Source of the DNA: Candidatus Fervidifonticultor quintus
Lineage (GTDB): Bacteria > Sysuimicrobiota > Sysuimicrobiia > Sysuimicrobiales > Humicultoraceae
DNA: 10,390 nucleotides
NCBI GenBank assembly: GCA_031459535.1
Contig: JAVKIJ010000097.1
Span: forward strand, 1 to 10,390
Direction: 5' to 3'
Position 1 is the first letter of the stretch. Each line of letters starts with the position of its first letter. This document shows, in pieces, positions 1 through 6,879 of this stretch. Under the pieces are notes generated by a model. The model worked only from the letters and a program-made list of their open reading frames with translations, was not told the DNA's origin and ran no database searches. The translations under genes and the position numbers were made by a program.

Positions 1-19
1 CTTGTGAATCTTCCCTCAC

Positions 20-34
20 CTATTATCTATTATC
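20..34 (-). promoter_or_regulatory. AT-rich tandem heptamer (GATAATA x2 on minus strand); possible operator or -10 region for a leftward gene outside the window
   Basis: CTATTAT at 20-26 and 27-33 in an otherwise GC-rich sequence, in non-coding DNA downstream of the CBS gene; GATAAT is a 5/6 match to TATAAT. Function is inferred. Confidence 0.35.
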
Positions 35-104
35 CTGCAAACAGGCTGGGTCGGTTGCCGAAGAAGGCGATATGGCCGTCCAGCGATGTGCTCTCGCCCT
101 GCCG

Positions 105-563
105 CTAACGGCGCTTCCGGCGGGTCTGGCGCGCCCGGCGTGTCCCGCGCGTCTGGGATCCGCGTCCGGGGTTTTCGCGGGCTGAAGGACGCGATGCCAG
201 ATCCCTCTCGTGCAGGTTGAGGAAGAGCCCGATGATATCACTGGCGCTGATGATGCCCACCACCCTGCCCGCGCGCACAATAGGGACACGGCGAATAGCC
301 TGCTCGAGCATCATGCTCGCGATCTCCTCGACGGGTGTCTCTTCGCCTGCGCACACCGGGTCCGGCGTCATCACATCCTGGGCGGTCTCGCCGGTGCGAC
401 CCACCAGGTCCACCAGGCTCACCATGCCCACGAGCCGGCCAATCTCGTCCACCACCGGCGCGCCGTGGATGCGGTTGTCGACCAGCAGTGCGCCGACCTC
501 TTCCACGGGCATCTCCGGCGGCACCACCACCACGTCGGGCGTCATGATGTCCCGGGCCAGCAT
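105..563 (-). CDS. CBS-domain pair protein with Arg-rich C-terminal tail
   Basis: Two CBS repeats (ARDIMT...PVVDEIGRLVGMVSLVDL; AQDVMT...IRRVPIVRAGRVVGIISASDI); GGAG SD-like element upstream of the ATG; basic tail ending TRRARQTRRKRR. Confidence 0.9.
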   Translation of the reverse strand: MLARDIMTPDVVVVPPEMPVEEVGALLVDNRIHGAPVVDEIGRLVGMVSLVDLVGRTGETAQDVMTPDPVCAGEETPVEEIASMMLEQAIRRVPIVRAGRVVGIISASDIIGLFLNLHERDLASRPSARENPGRGSQTRGTRRARQTRRKRR

Positions 564-591
564 TGCTTCTCTCCAGGTGCGCGGCGACGGC

Positions 592-1431
592 CTACAGAAT
601 ACCCTCCGCCGAGGCCATCCCCACGATCAGGCAGCCCCACATCAACTTGAATGCCCGCACGTAGTCGGCGTCGGTCACCGCGATGGTGCGCGGGCCGCGC
701 CGCTCGACCCCGGGGAACAACGTGGCCATGTGGGCCGGGGCGGTGCGCTTGAAGTCCACCTCGAAGGTCACCGGCGACGGCGGCCGCTGCGGCCGCACCC
801 GGCCGGCCCCCACCGCGCGTACCGCGTCGGCGGCCCGCTCGCGGATCAGGGTCCGAGCGCGCTCGACGCCCAGGCTCAGGCCCACATAGCGGTCGAAGGC
901 CTCCTTGACCGGCGCGGTGAGGACGCCCGGCAGCCGCCTCTGTGCCTCGGCGCAGACGGCGCTGTCGCCCGTGACCAGCGCGACCGGGACGCCGAAGGCG
1001 CCGGCCAGTCCGGCGTTGACGAACGCCTCGTCCGTTGGCTCGCCATTGATCCGGATCTCCTGAACGATCCGGCCGATGAACGTGTGATTGAGGATGCCGT
1101 CGCCGCCACCCTCGCGCTGGTGGTAGCCTATGAGGAAGACCGCGTCGAACCCGCGGTCGATGCCCTCCATCTGACCGAGCAGTTTGTTGCTGCCGCTCAG
1201 CAGCCGCGAGGCTGGGTGGAGCTCCTCGATCATGATGTTGGTCATGGGGCCGTGGCCGTCGCTGACGACGATCTCCGTGGCCCCGGCCGACAGGGCGCCT
1301 TCAATGGCGGCATTGGCATCCTGGGTCATCAGGCGCCGGAAGCGGTCGTAGTCCTTCTCTCCCGGCTGCACGTGCTTGGCGGCAGCCACGCCGGTAATGC
1401 CTTCCATATCGACCGATAGGTAGATGCGCAT
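592..1431 (-). CDS. dppA: M55 family D-aminopeptidase (Bacillus DppA type), binuclear Zn metallopeptidase
   Basis: N-terminal MRIYLSVDMEG (D8/E10), SDGHG, IGYH, LNHT and LVTGD motifs; 279 aa; GGAGG SD upstream of the ATG. Confidence 0.92.
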   Translation of the reverse strand: MRIYLSVDMEGITGVAAAKHVQPGEKDYDRFRRLMTQDANAAIEGALSAGATEIVVSDGHGPMTNIMIEELHPASRLLSGSNKLLGQMEGIDRGFDAVFLIGYHQREGGGDGILNHTFIGRIVQEIRINGEPTDEAFVNAGLAGAFGVPVALVTGDSAVCAEAQRRLPGVLTAPVKEAFDRYVGLSLGVERARTLIRERAADAVRAVGAGRVRPQRPPSPVTFEVDFKRTAPAHMATLFPGVERRGPRTIAVTDADYVRAFKLMWGCLIVGMASAEGIL

Positions 1432-1465
1432 GTGATCCTCCGTGCCAGGAAGATGGCCGGTTGCC

Positions 1466-1897
1466 TCACGCGGTGTGCGCGCGCTCCGCCTGGCGGAGCC
1501 GCTCGGACAGTGCCCGCATGACCTTGGCGGTCAGTTGGGGTGCCTGGTTCAACAGGGCCCAGAACTCCCGATGCCCGACCACGAGGAGCTTCATCGGTGT
1601 CTTTGCCACCACGGTCGCCGACCGAGGCCCGCCGTCGATGAGGCTCATCTCGCCGAAGAACTCGCCGGGCCCCAGGCGCGTGGTCCGACGATCGGCGGTC
1701 TGCACGGTCGCCTCGCCGTCTACGATGATGAACAGTTCGTGGCCGGTCTCGCCGGCGGCGAGGCGGTGTCCCTCGGGGACGTCCAACTCTTCTGCCAGCG
1801 CGGCGACCTGCTGGAGTTGTCGCTGTGAGAGCCCGGCGAACAGGGGCACGCTGCGCAGCAGTTGCACCTTGGCGGACCCAGATCGAAAGAGCGGCAC
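1466..1897 (-). CDS. Stand-alone cyclic nucleotide-binding domain protein (no HTH)
   Basis: LRSVPLFAGLS helix, ELFIIVDGEATV and phosphate-binding cassette GEFFGEMSLIDGGPRSATVVA; the protein ends after the C-helix (LSERLRQAE). Start placed at GTG 1897 because the SD GGAGGT overlaps the ORF-track GTG at 1906. Confidence 0.9.
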   Translation of the reverse strand: MPLFRSGSAKVQLLRSVPLFAGLSQRQLQQVAALAEELDVPEGHRLAAGETGHELFIIVDGEATVQTADRRTTRLGPGEFFGEMSLIDGGPRSATVVAKTPMKLLVVGHREFWALLNQAPQLTAKVMRALSERLRQAERAHTA

Positions 1898-1926
1898 CCC
1901 GCTCACCTCCCCGCAGGACTGGTCAC

Positions 1927-1955
1927 TGATTCACGCCGGCCGGGGCCGTTCCTGC
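1927..1955 (-). promoter_or_regulatory. Putative sigma-H-like promoter (GCAGGA-N17-GAAT) upstream of the cNMP-binding gene
   Basis: Minus strand GCAGGA (1955-1950), 17-nt spacer, GAAT (1932-1929); resembles the B. subtilis sigma-H consensus AGGA-N17/18-GAAT; lies in the intergenic spacer in the correct orientation. Confidence 0.5.
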
Positions 1956-1968
1956 CGGATCAGGGAAG

Positions 1969-2316
1969 TCAGGTCAGCCAGTAGGTGACGATGCTGCTAA
2001 TGGTAGCGGTCGCCCAACGTTGCTGTTCGGGCGGCCGGTTCCTCGACAACGCCACGATGCTGGAAGGCACCAGGAGAACCAGGCTGACGATGGCAGGCAT
2101 CACCGACCGGACGATCTCGCGCAGGAGCAGCGGGGCCGGTGTGAGCGCCACCGCCGCAGGGGCATCCCCCTGCCCGGCTGGCGTGGGCGCCGGTGCCACG
2201 GATAGCGGCGCCGCGGCGTGCACGGCTCCCCTCACGATGCGCGCGGCGCCCATCAGTACGGCAACGAGGGCCAGGACGCCCAGCAGCACGGCGATCACGA
2301 TGGAGACTCTCGGCAT
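1969..2316 (-). CDS. Hypothetical small membrane protein (115 aa)
   Basis: ATG at 2316 with GGGGGTGA SD, 17 nt after the upstream stop; N-terminal hydrophobic helix (SIVIAVLLGVLALVAVLMG), Pro/Ala linker, second hydrophobic segment (MPAIVSLVLLVPSSIVAL) and C-terminal WATATISSIVTYWLT. The ORF-track start at 2523 overlaps the next gene. Confidence 0.75.
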   Translation of the reverse strand: MPRVSIVIAVLLGVLALVAVLMGAARIVRGAVHAAAPLSVAPAPTPAGQGDAPAAVALTPAPLLLREIVRSVMPAIVSLVLLVPSSIVALSRNRPPEQQRWATATISSIVTYWLT

Positions 2317-2333
2317 GCCTCTCACCCCCGGTG

Positions 2334-2840
2334 CTACAACTGCCAGTCGTGTTTGAGCGCGAAGAGCTTGCGAAAGAAGATCTGCCCGCCGCCCACGTAC
2401 ATGAAGAACTCTACCTGATCGGTGGTCAACCTGCCCCGGGGCGGGTCGTTTTGCCCGTAGGTGATCTCGATGGTGGCAGTACCGCTGCTGCCCGAGACGG
2501 CCGCAGGTCGGTAGCCGAACCACTTGAGGCGGTTACCACCGGCCAGGATATCGGCGCCCAGCCAGATGTTCTGCTTGCCCAACGCCGAGGCATACGTGTA
2601 CGAGACCGTGAGTCGGATGCGGGTGGGCGTCGCGGCGGCGATGACGCAGTTCGCGATGTCGTCGGCGGTCAGGCTCAGGCGCTCGTTGGCGCTCTGCAGA
2701 CGGCACTCGCCAGCCGGAGTGACCGTTGGGGTCGGCGTGGAGGGTGCCGCTAGCGTCGTGGTCACGGCCGGAGTGGCGGTCGCGGCCGCGGCGGCCAGGG
2801 CCGCGCCGAAAAGTATGGTCAGGACCAGACGTGTGTTCAT
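2334..2840 (-). CDS. Hypothetical secreted protein (168 aa): signal peptide, Pro/Thr linker, probable beta-rich domain
   Basis: ATG at 2840 with GGGTGA SD-like element; MNTRLVLTILFGAALAAAAATA signal peptide; PSTPTPTVTP linker; two Cys; alternating beta-strand patterns (RIRLTVSYTY, TATIEITY, QVEFFMYV). Confidence 0.8.
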   Translation of the reverse strand: MNTRLVLTILFGAALAAAAATATPAVTTTLAAPSTPTPTVTPAGECRLQSANERLSLTADDIANCVIAAATPTRIRLTVSYTYASALGKQNIWLGADILAGGNRLKWFGYRPAAVSGSSGTATIEITYGQNDPPRGRLTTDQVEFFMYVGGGQIFFRKLFALKHDWQL

Positions 2841-2887
2841 GGCATCACCCGAACGGGGGCTTCGATTCGCCGCGTCTCCATCCCTGG

Positions 2888-3718
2888 TCAGGACGCGCAG
2901 CGCTGCAGCTGTGCCAGGGACTCCACGAGGAACACATCGAGCACGGCGGCCGAGCGGTCGTCCTTGATGGACGTGAACGGGTCCGGGCCCGGCGGCGTCA
3001 CTTCCAGCACGGCTGCGCCCTGGTAGTTGATTGCCCGAAGCGCGCCGAATACCCCGGCCAGGTCCAGGTGCCCTCGCCCCAGGGCCTGCCGGTTCGTGTC
3101 GGCCAGGTGCACGTGCAGCAGACGGGGCGCGGCCATGCCGATGGCACCGGCGATGCTGGGTTCCTCGATGTTGGCGTGGAACACATCCACGGTGAGCCCT
3201 ACCCACGGCGAGTCCACCTCAGCCAGATATGCCAGTGCGTCGGTCACGTTCGTGACCAGATAGGCCTCGTACCGGTTCAGCGGCTCGATTGCGATCCGCA
3301 CGCCGAGGCGTTCGGCCTCGTCTGCGGCCTGCCGCATCCCTTCCACCGACCAGCGCCATTCGTCCAGCGGCGAGGTAAGCGGCCTCAGGCGCGTCTCACC
3401 CGACGGCAGCATCTGCACCAGCGGCGCGTCCACGTCGGCGGCCAGGCGCAGGCACTCCACCACGTAGCGCACCGCCTCCTGCCGGATCTGCGGGTCCGGG
3501 TTGGCCAGGTCGCGGGGCGTCTGCGGGAACATGCACGATGCGGTGAGCGCCAGCGGCGCCAAGCCGTGCCGCTTCAGCAGCGGGCGCACCTCGGCGGCCG
3601 TCCAGCGGCCGGGCTCACCGGGCAACTCCACGCCATCATAGCCGGCTGCGGCGATGCGCGCCAGCGTCTCGTCCAGCGGCGCCGCGCCATAGATCCATGC
3701 ACACACGCCGAACCGCAT
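2888..3718 (-). CDS. Sugar (phosphate) isomerase/epimerase, D-psicose/D-tagatose/L-ribulose 3-epimerase-like TIM barrel
   Basis: GYDGVEL, AIEPLNRYE (catalytic Glu), DVFHANIEE (Asp/His), HVHLADTNR (His/Arg), GHLD and VLEV (second Glu); GGGAGGT SD. Confidence 0.88.
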   Translation of the reverse strand: MRFGVCAWIYGAAPLDETLARIAAAGYDGVELPGEPGRWTAAEVRPLLKRHGLAPLALTASCMFPQTPRDLANPDPQIRQEAVRYVVECLRLAADVDAPLVQMLPSGETRLRPLTSPLDEWRWSVEGMRQAADEAERLGVRIAIEPLNRYEAYLVTNVTDALAYLAEVDSPWVGLTVDVFHANIEEPSIAGAIGMAAPRLLHVHLADTNRQALGRGHLDLAGVFGALRAINYQGAAVLEVTPPGPDPFTSIKDDRSAAVLDVFLVESLAQLQRCAS

Positions 3719-3755
3719 CTCCGACCTCCCATCATGCCGGGGCGACCCCTCGGGG

Positions 3756-4589
3756 TCAGCCCTTGATGGCCCCGGCGGTGAGCCCGCGGATGAAGTGCTG
3801 GGACAGCGCCACGTACAGGGCGATCACGGGCAGCGCCGCCAGGGTCAGGCCCGCGAACAGTGCCGCGTAGTCGGTGTAGTACTGGCCGAAGAATGTGGTC
3901 ATGCCCAACGGCAACGTCTTGAGCCGGTCCGTCTTGATGAAGACCAGCGGGAAGAAGAAGTCGTTCCAGATGGGGATGACGTTGTAGATGGTCACGATGA
4001 CCAGCGCGGGGCGCACCAGCGGCAGCATGATCCGGGTGAAGATGGTCCACTCGCTGGCGCCGTCGATGCGCGCCGCCGAGTCCAGGTCGGCGGGGAGCTG
4101 GCGGAAGAACCCGGTCAGGATGAAGATGGCGCTCGGCAACCCCGATGCGGCGTAGACGAGGATCAGGGACCAGAGATTGTCCAGCAGGTTGAGGTTGCGC
4201 ATCAGGATGAACAACGGGATGATGGCCAGGCGAATGGGCAGCAGGAGGCCGCTCAAGAAGTAGACATAGACCAGGTCGTTGCCCCGGAACTGGAACCGCC
4301 CCAGCGCGTAGCTGGCCATGGCACCCAACGCGACCAGGATGATCGCGGAGACCGCCGTGACGATGACGCTATTCTGGAAGTAGGCCCCGAAGCGCGCCTC
4401 CACCCACACCTTGGCGAAGTTCTCCAGGCTCCACGTCGCCGGCAGTCCGAAGGGGTGTTGGAAGATCTCGCGGGTGGATTTGAACGCAGACAGGCCCATG
4501 AGGATCACAGGGATCAGCACGGACGCCGCGTTGACGATGAGCACGGCCTGGACCAGCAGCGTCCAGGCCGTGCGCCGGCCAGCCCTCAT
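3756..4589 (-). CDS. Carbohydrate ABC transporter permease (MalG/UgpE-like, CUT1)
   Basis: NSVIVT, ASYALGRFQFRG, EAA-like loop DLDSAARIDGASEW and WNDFFFPL; ATG at 4589 overlaps the upstream stop (ATGA). Confidence 0.95.
   Translation of the reverse strand: MRAGRRTAWTLLVQAVLIVNAASVLIPVILMGLSAFKSTREIFQHPFGLPATWSLENFAKVWVEARFGAYFQNSVIVTAVSAIILVALGAMASYALGRFQFRGNDLVYVYFLSGLLLPIRLAIIPLFILMRNLNLLDNLWSLILVYAASGLPSAIFILTGFFRQLPADLDSAARIDGASEWTIFTRIMLPLVRPALVIVTIYNVIPIWNDFFFPLVFIKTDRLKTLPLGMTTFFGQYYTDYAALFAGLTLAALPVIALYVALSQHFIRGLTAGAIKG
4047..4073. repeat. 27-bp exact direct repeat, copy 1 (EAA loop of the MalG-like permease)
   Basis: ccactcgctggcgccgtcgatgcgcgc, identical to 4895-4921; encodes ARIDGASEW. 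Confidence 0.9.
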
Positions 4590-5503
4590 GCCAGCTCCAC
4601 CTCCCGGCGCCGCAGGTACAGGGCTCCCAGCGTCGAGACCGTGGCCAGGAGCACGAACATCAGCACCGCGATCGCCGAGCCGATGCCGATGTCCTGCAGG
4701 CCGGTGTCCACCTCGCCGAAAGCCGTGCGGAAGAACAGCAGACCCAACACGTCGGTGGCTCGGTTGGGAGGGCCCGCCACGCCCTGCACCACATAGGGGA
4801 GCTCGAACCAGTTGAACGAGCCGATGAATGTCAGGGTGACGATGATGGTCACCGCAGGCGCCAGCAGCGGGATGATGATCCGCCGGATGACCTCCCACTC
4901 GCTGGCGCCGTCGATGCGCGCGGCCTCGAGATAGTCGTCGGGTACCGCGTTGATCCCGGCCAGGAACACCAGGGTCGGGAAGCCAAGCCACCGCCAGGCA
5001 TTGATCAGGGTCAGCGTCACCAGGGCCGTGGAAGGTTCACCCAGCCACGGCCGTGCCAGTCCCCCCAGCCCCACGGCGCCCAGCGCCTTGTTGACGACCC
5101 CGAAGACGGGATTGAGGAACAGCGCCCACATGAAGCCCACGATGACCAGCGAGAGCGTCACGGGCAGGAAGAAGATCACCCGATAGCCCCGCGCGCCCCA
5201 CGGCGCGCCTCCCAGCAGGAGGGCCAGACCCAGCGCCACCATGTTCTGGATGACCATGGTCACCACGAAGACGATGACGTTGTGCCAGAAGGCGTTGACC
5301 AGCAGCCGAGGGTACGGGAACGTCTGGAACAGCCGGATGAAGTTGCCGATGCCAATGAACCCGCGCCGGCCGATCCCCTCCCAGGCATAGAGGCTGTAGG
5401 CCAGCGCCGAGAGGATCGGGTAGGTGACGAAGAGGGCGAACAGGACCAGGGCCGGCGTCAGGAAGAATGCCAGCCAGAGACGCCGGCTGGCTCGCAGGGA
5501 CAT
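4586..5503 (-). CDS. Carbohydrate ABC transporter permease (MalF/UgpA-like, CUT1)
   Basis: FIGIGNF, YRVIFFLP, PVFGVVN, WLG and EAA loop DYLEAARIDGASEW; multiple hydrophobic helices. Confidence 0.95.
   Translation of the reverse strand: MSLRASRRLWLAFFLTPALVLFALFVTYPILSALAYSLYAWEGIGRRGFIGIGNFIRLFQTFPYPRLLVNAFWHNVIVFVVTMVIQNMVALGLALLLGGAPWGARGYRVIFFLPVTLSLVIVGFMWALFLNPVFGVVNKALGAVGLGGLARPWLGEPSTALVTLTLINAWRWLGFPTLVFLAGINAVPDDYLEAARIDGASEWEVIRRIIIPLLAPAVTIIVTLTFIGSFNWFELPYVVQGVAGPPNRATDVLGLLFFRTAFGEVDTGLQDIGIGSAIAVLMFVLLATVSTLGALYLRRREVELA
4895..4921. repeat. 27-bp exact direct repeat, copy 2 (EAA loop of the MalF-like permease)
   Basis: Identical to 4047-4073. Confidence 0.9.
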
Positions 5504-5540
5504 GCCGGAAGGCCCCAGGGCCGTTACGCCCGGGCGGGCA

Positions 5541-5580
5541 GGGAACAGGGGACGGGCGCCCCGCCCGTCCCCCTCGTCCC
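5541..5580 (-). terminator. Strong stem-loop between the binding-protein and permease genes (mRNA stabiliser or leaky terminator)
   Basis: Perfect 11-bp inverted repeat GGGGACGGGCG (5548-5558) / CGCCCGTCCCC (5562-5572) with a 3-nt loop, extendable by GGGA/TCCC (5541-5544 / 5577-5580); no U-tract. This position is typical of sugar ABC operons. Confidence 0.7.
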
Positions 5581-5596
5581 CTTCCTCGGGTGGCTC

Positions 5597-6850
5597 CTAC
5601 CGCCGGAACGCGTCAACCCAGGCGCTCAGCCCCCGCGTCACCTCGTCGCCGACCTGCGCGGGCGTCATCTGCCCGGCCATCATGGCCTGCAGGGCGTTCT
5701 GCAGCAAGGTCGAGCCGGTCGGGGTCTGCCAGCGGAAGCCGACCAGCATGATGTACGGTGTGGCTTTGCGGTTCATGGCCTGCACGTGCTGGAGGACCGG
5801 ATCCTTGATCACGACCCCGGGCACCGCCGACATCTGTGCCAGGTAGTCGGTGAACATCTGGCCGAACTCCTGGGTGGCCGTGAAGCGGATGAACTTCAAG
5901 GCCGCCTCCATGTGTGGGGTCCTGGCATTGATGCTGTAGTTGCCGTCCGCAAACGACGACACCCAGGGAACCTGGTCGGCCCTTTCTGGCGGCGCCGCGA
6001 ACACGTCGAAGTCCAGGTTCTTGTTCTGCTGCTTGAAGAACCCGATCTCCCACGAGCCGCCGATGAACATGGCCGCCTGTTCGTTGATGAACAACTGCTG
6101 CATGGTGGCGTAGTCCACACCCATGAAGCCCTGCGGCATGTAGGGCCGGAGGTCCAGCATCTTGGCCAGGGCGTTGGTGTAGGTCGGATCGCGGAACGTC
6201 GTCTGCCCCCTGGTGACGGCCTCGTAGAAGGTCGTCCCGCCGTAGAAGTTGGGCGCAATCACGCCCGAGAGGACCTCGAGCGTCCAGCCTTCCTTGCCGC
6301 CATTGGCCAGGGGCGTGACGCCCTTGTCCTTCAGGGTCTTGAGCAGGTTGAGGAACCCGTCCCAGGTCTTGGGGACCGAGAGCCCGTGTTGCGCGAAGAT
6401 CTTCTTGTTGTAGAAGATGACCAGGGTCTGCGTGGCAAACGGCACGCCGTAGATCTTGCCGTCCTTGCGGCTGCGGGCGCCGACCATGGTCTGCAGCGGG
6501 AACCGTTTGAGCTCTGGGACCTTGTCGTAGTCCAGCGGGGCCAGATAGCCCGGAGCCGCGAATGTCTCGAGCCCTCCGTAGGCTCTCATGTGGATGATGT
6601 CCGGCCCCTTGCCCGCGGTCAGCGCGGACGAGATGATCGTCTGCCATTCCACCTGTCGGAAAGGCGTGAACTCCACGGTGATCCCCGGGTTACGCTGCTC
6701 GAACACCTTGATCATCCGGTCGTAGGCCCATTTGTCCTCCGTCCGCCACGACCAAAACGTCAGCTTGACGGCCCCCTGTGCCGCCACGCCGGCTGGGACC
6801 AGCGCAGCGACCAGCAGGCCCACCACTATCAACGTCAGCGCTCGTCTCAT
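5597..6850 (-). CDS. Carbohydrate ABC transporter extracellular solute-binding protein (family 1)
   Basis: Signal peptide without a lipobox (…PAGVAA|Q), LTFWSW, FEQRNPGITV, GKGPDI, DGKIYGVP, FYNKKIF, PKTWD and AAMFIGGSW; GGGAGGT SD. Confidence 0.95.
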   Translation of the reverse strand: MRRALTLIVVGLLVAALVPAGVAAQGAVKLTFWSWRTEDKWAYDRMIKVFEQRNPGITVEFTPFRQVEWQTIISSALTAGKGPDIIHMRAYGGLETFAAPGYLAPLDYDKVPELKRFPLQTMVGARSRKDGKIYGVPFATQTLVIFYNKKIFAQHGLSVPKTWDGFLNLLKTLKDKGVTPLANGGKEGWTLEVLSGVIAPNFYGGTTFYEAVTRGQTTFRDPTYTNALAKMLDLRPYMPQGFMGVDYATMQQLFINEQAAMFIGGSWEIGFFKQQNKNLDFDVFAAPPERADQVPWVSSFADGNYSINARTPHMEAALKFIRFTATQEFGQMFTDYLAQMSAVPGVVIKDPVLQHVQAMNRKATPYIMLVGFRWQTPTGSTLLQNALQAMMAGQMTPAQVGDEVTRGLSAWVDAFRR

Positions 6851-6879
6851 AGCCTGCTACCTCCCTCTGGGTCCTGCTT

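Noticed and set aside
217..1419. 400-aa plus-strand ORF spanning the CBS and dppA genes
   Set aside because: Antisense to two well-supported genes, with biased low-information composition.
2863..2887. GGCGAAT sigma-H-like -10 upstream of the secreted protein gene
   Set aside because: No AGGA-like -35 at 17-18 nt spacing; the nearest AGGGA is only 12 nt away.
2841..3206. ORF-track N-terminal extensions (2334-3206, 1969-2523, 3756-4991, 8091-8516)
   Set aside because: They overlap neighbouring real genes; downstream starts have SD, signal-peptide, coupling or promoter support.
2888..3718. Assignment as frlC (fructoselysine 3-epimerase) or a specific iol gene
   Set aside because: EPLNRYE/DVFHANIEE/ADTNR fit the DPEase/DTEase-like branch generally; substrate cannot be assigned by eye and no frl or iol genes are adjacent.
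3744..3757. Small hairpin GACCCC-TC-GGGGTC at the permease stop
   Set aside because: Only 5-6 bp with no U-tract; common by chance at this GC content.
5613..6647. 344-aa alternative-frame ORF inside the binding-protein gene, and similar long ORFs at 3795-4796 and 2726-3766
   Set aside because: Expected stop-poor frames in high-GC DNA; no recognisable domains.
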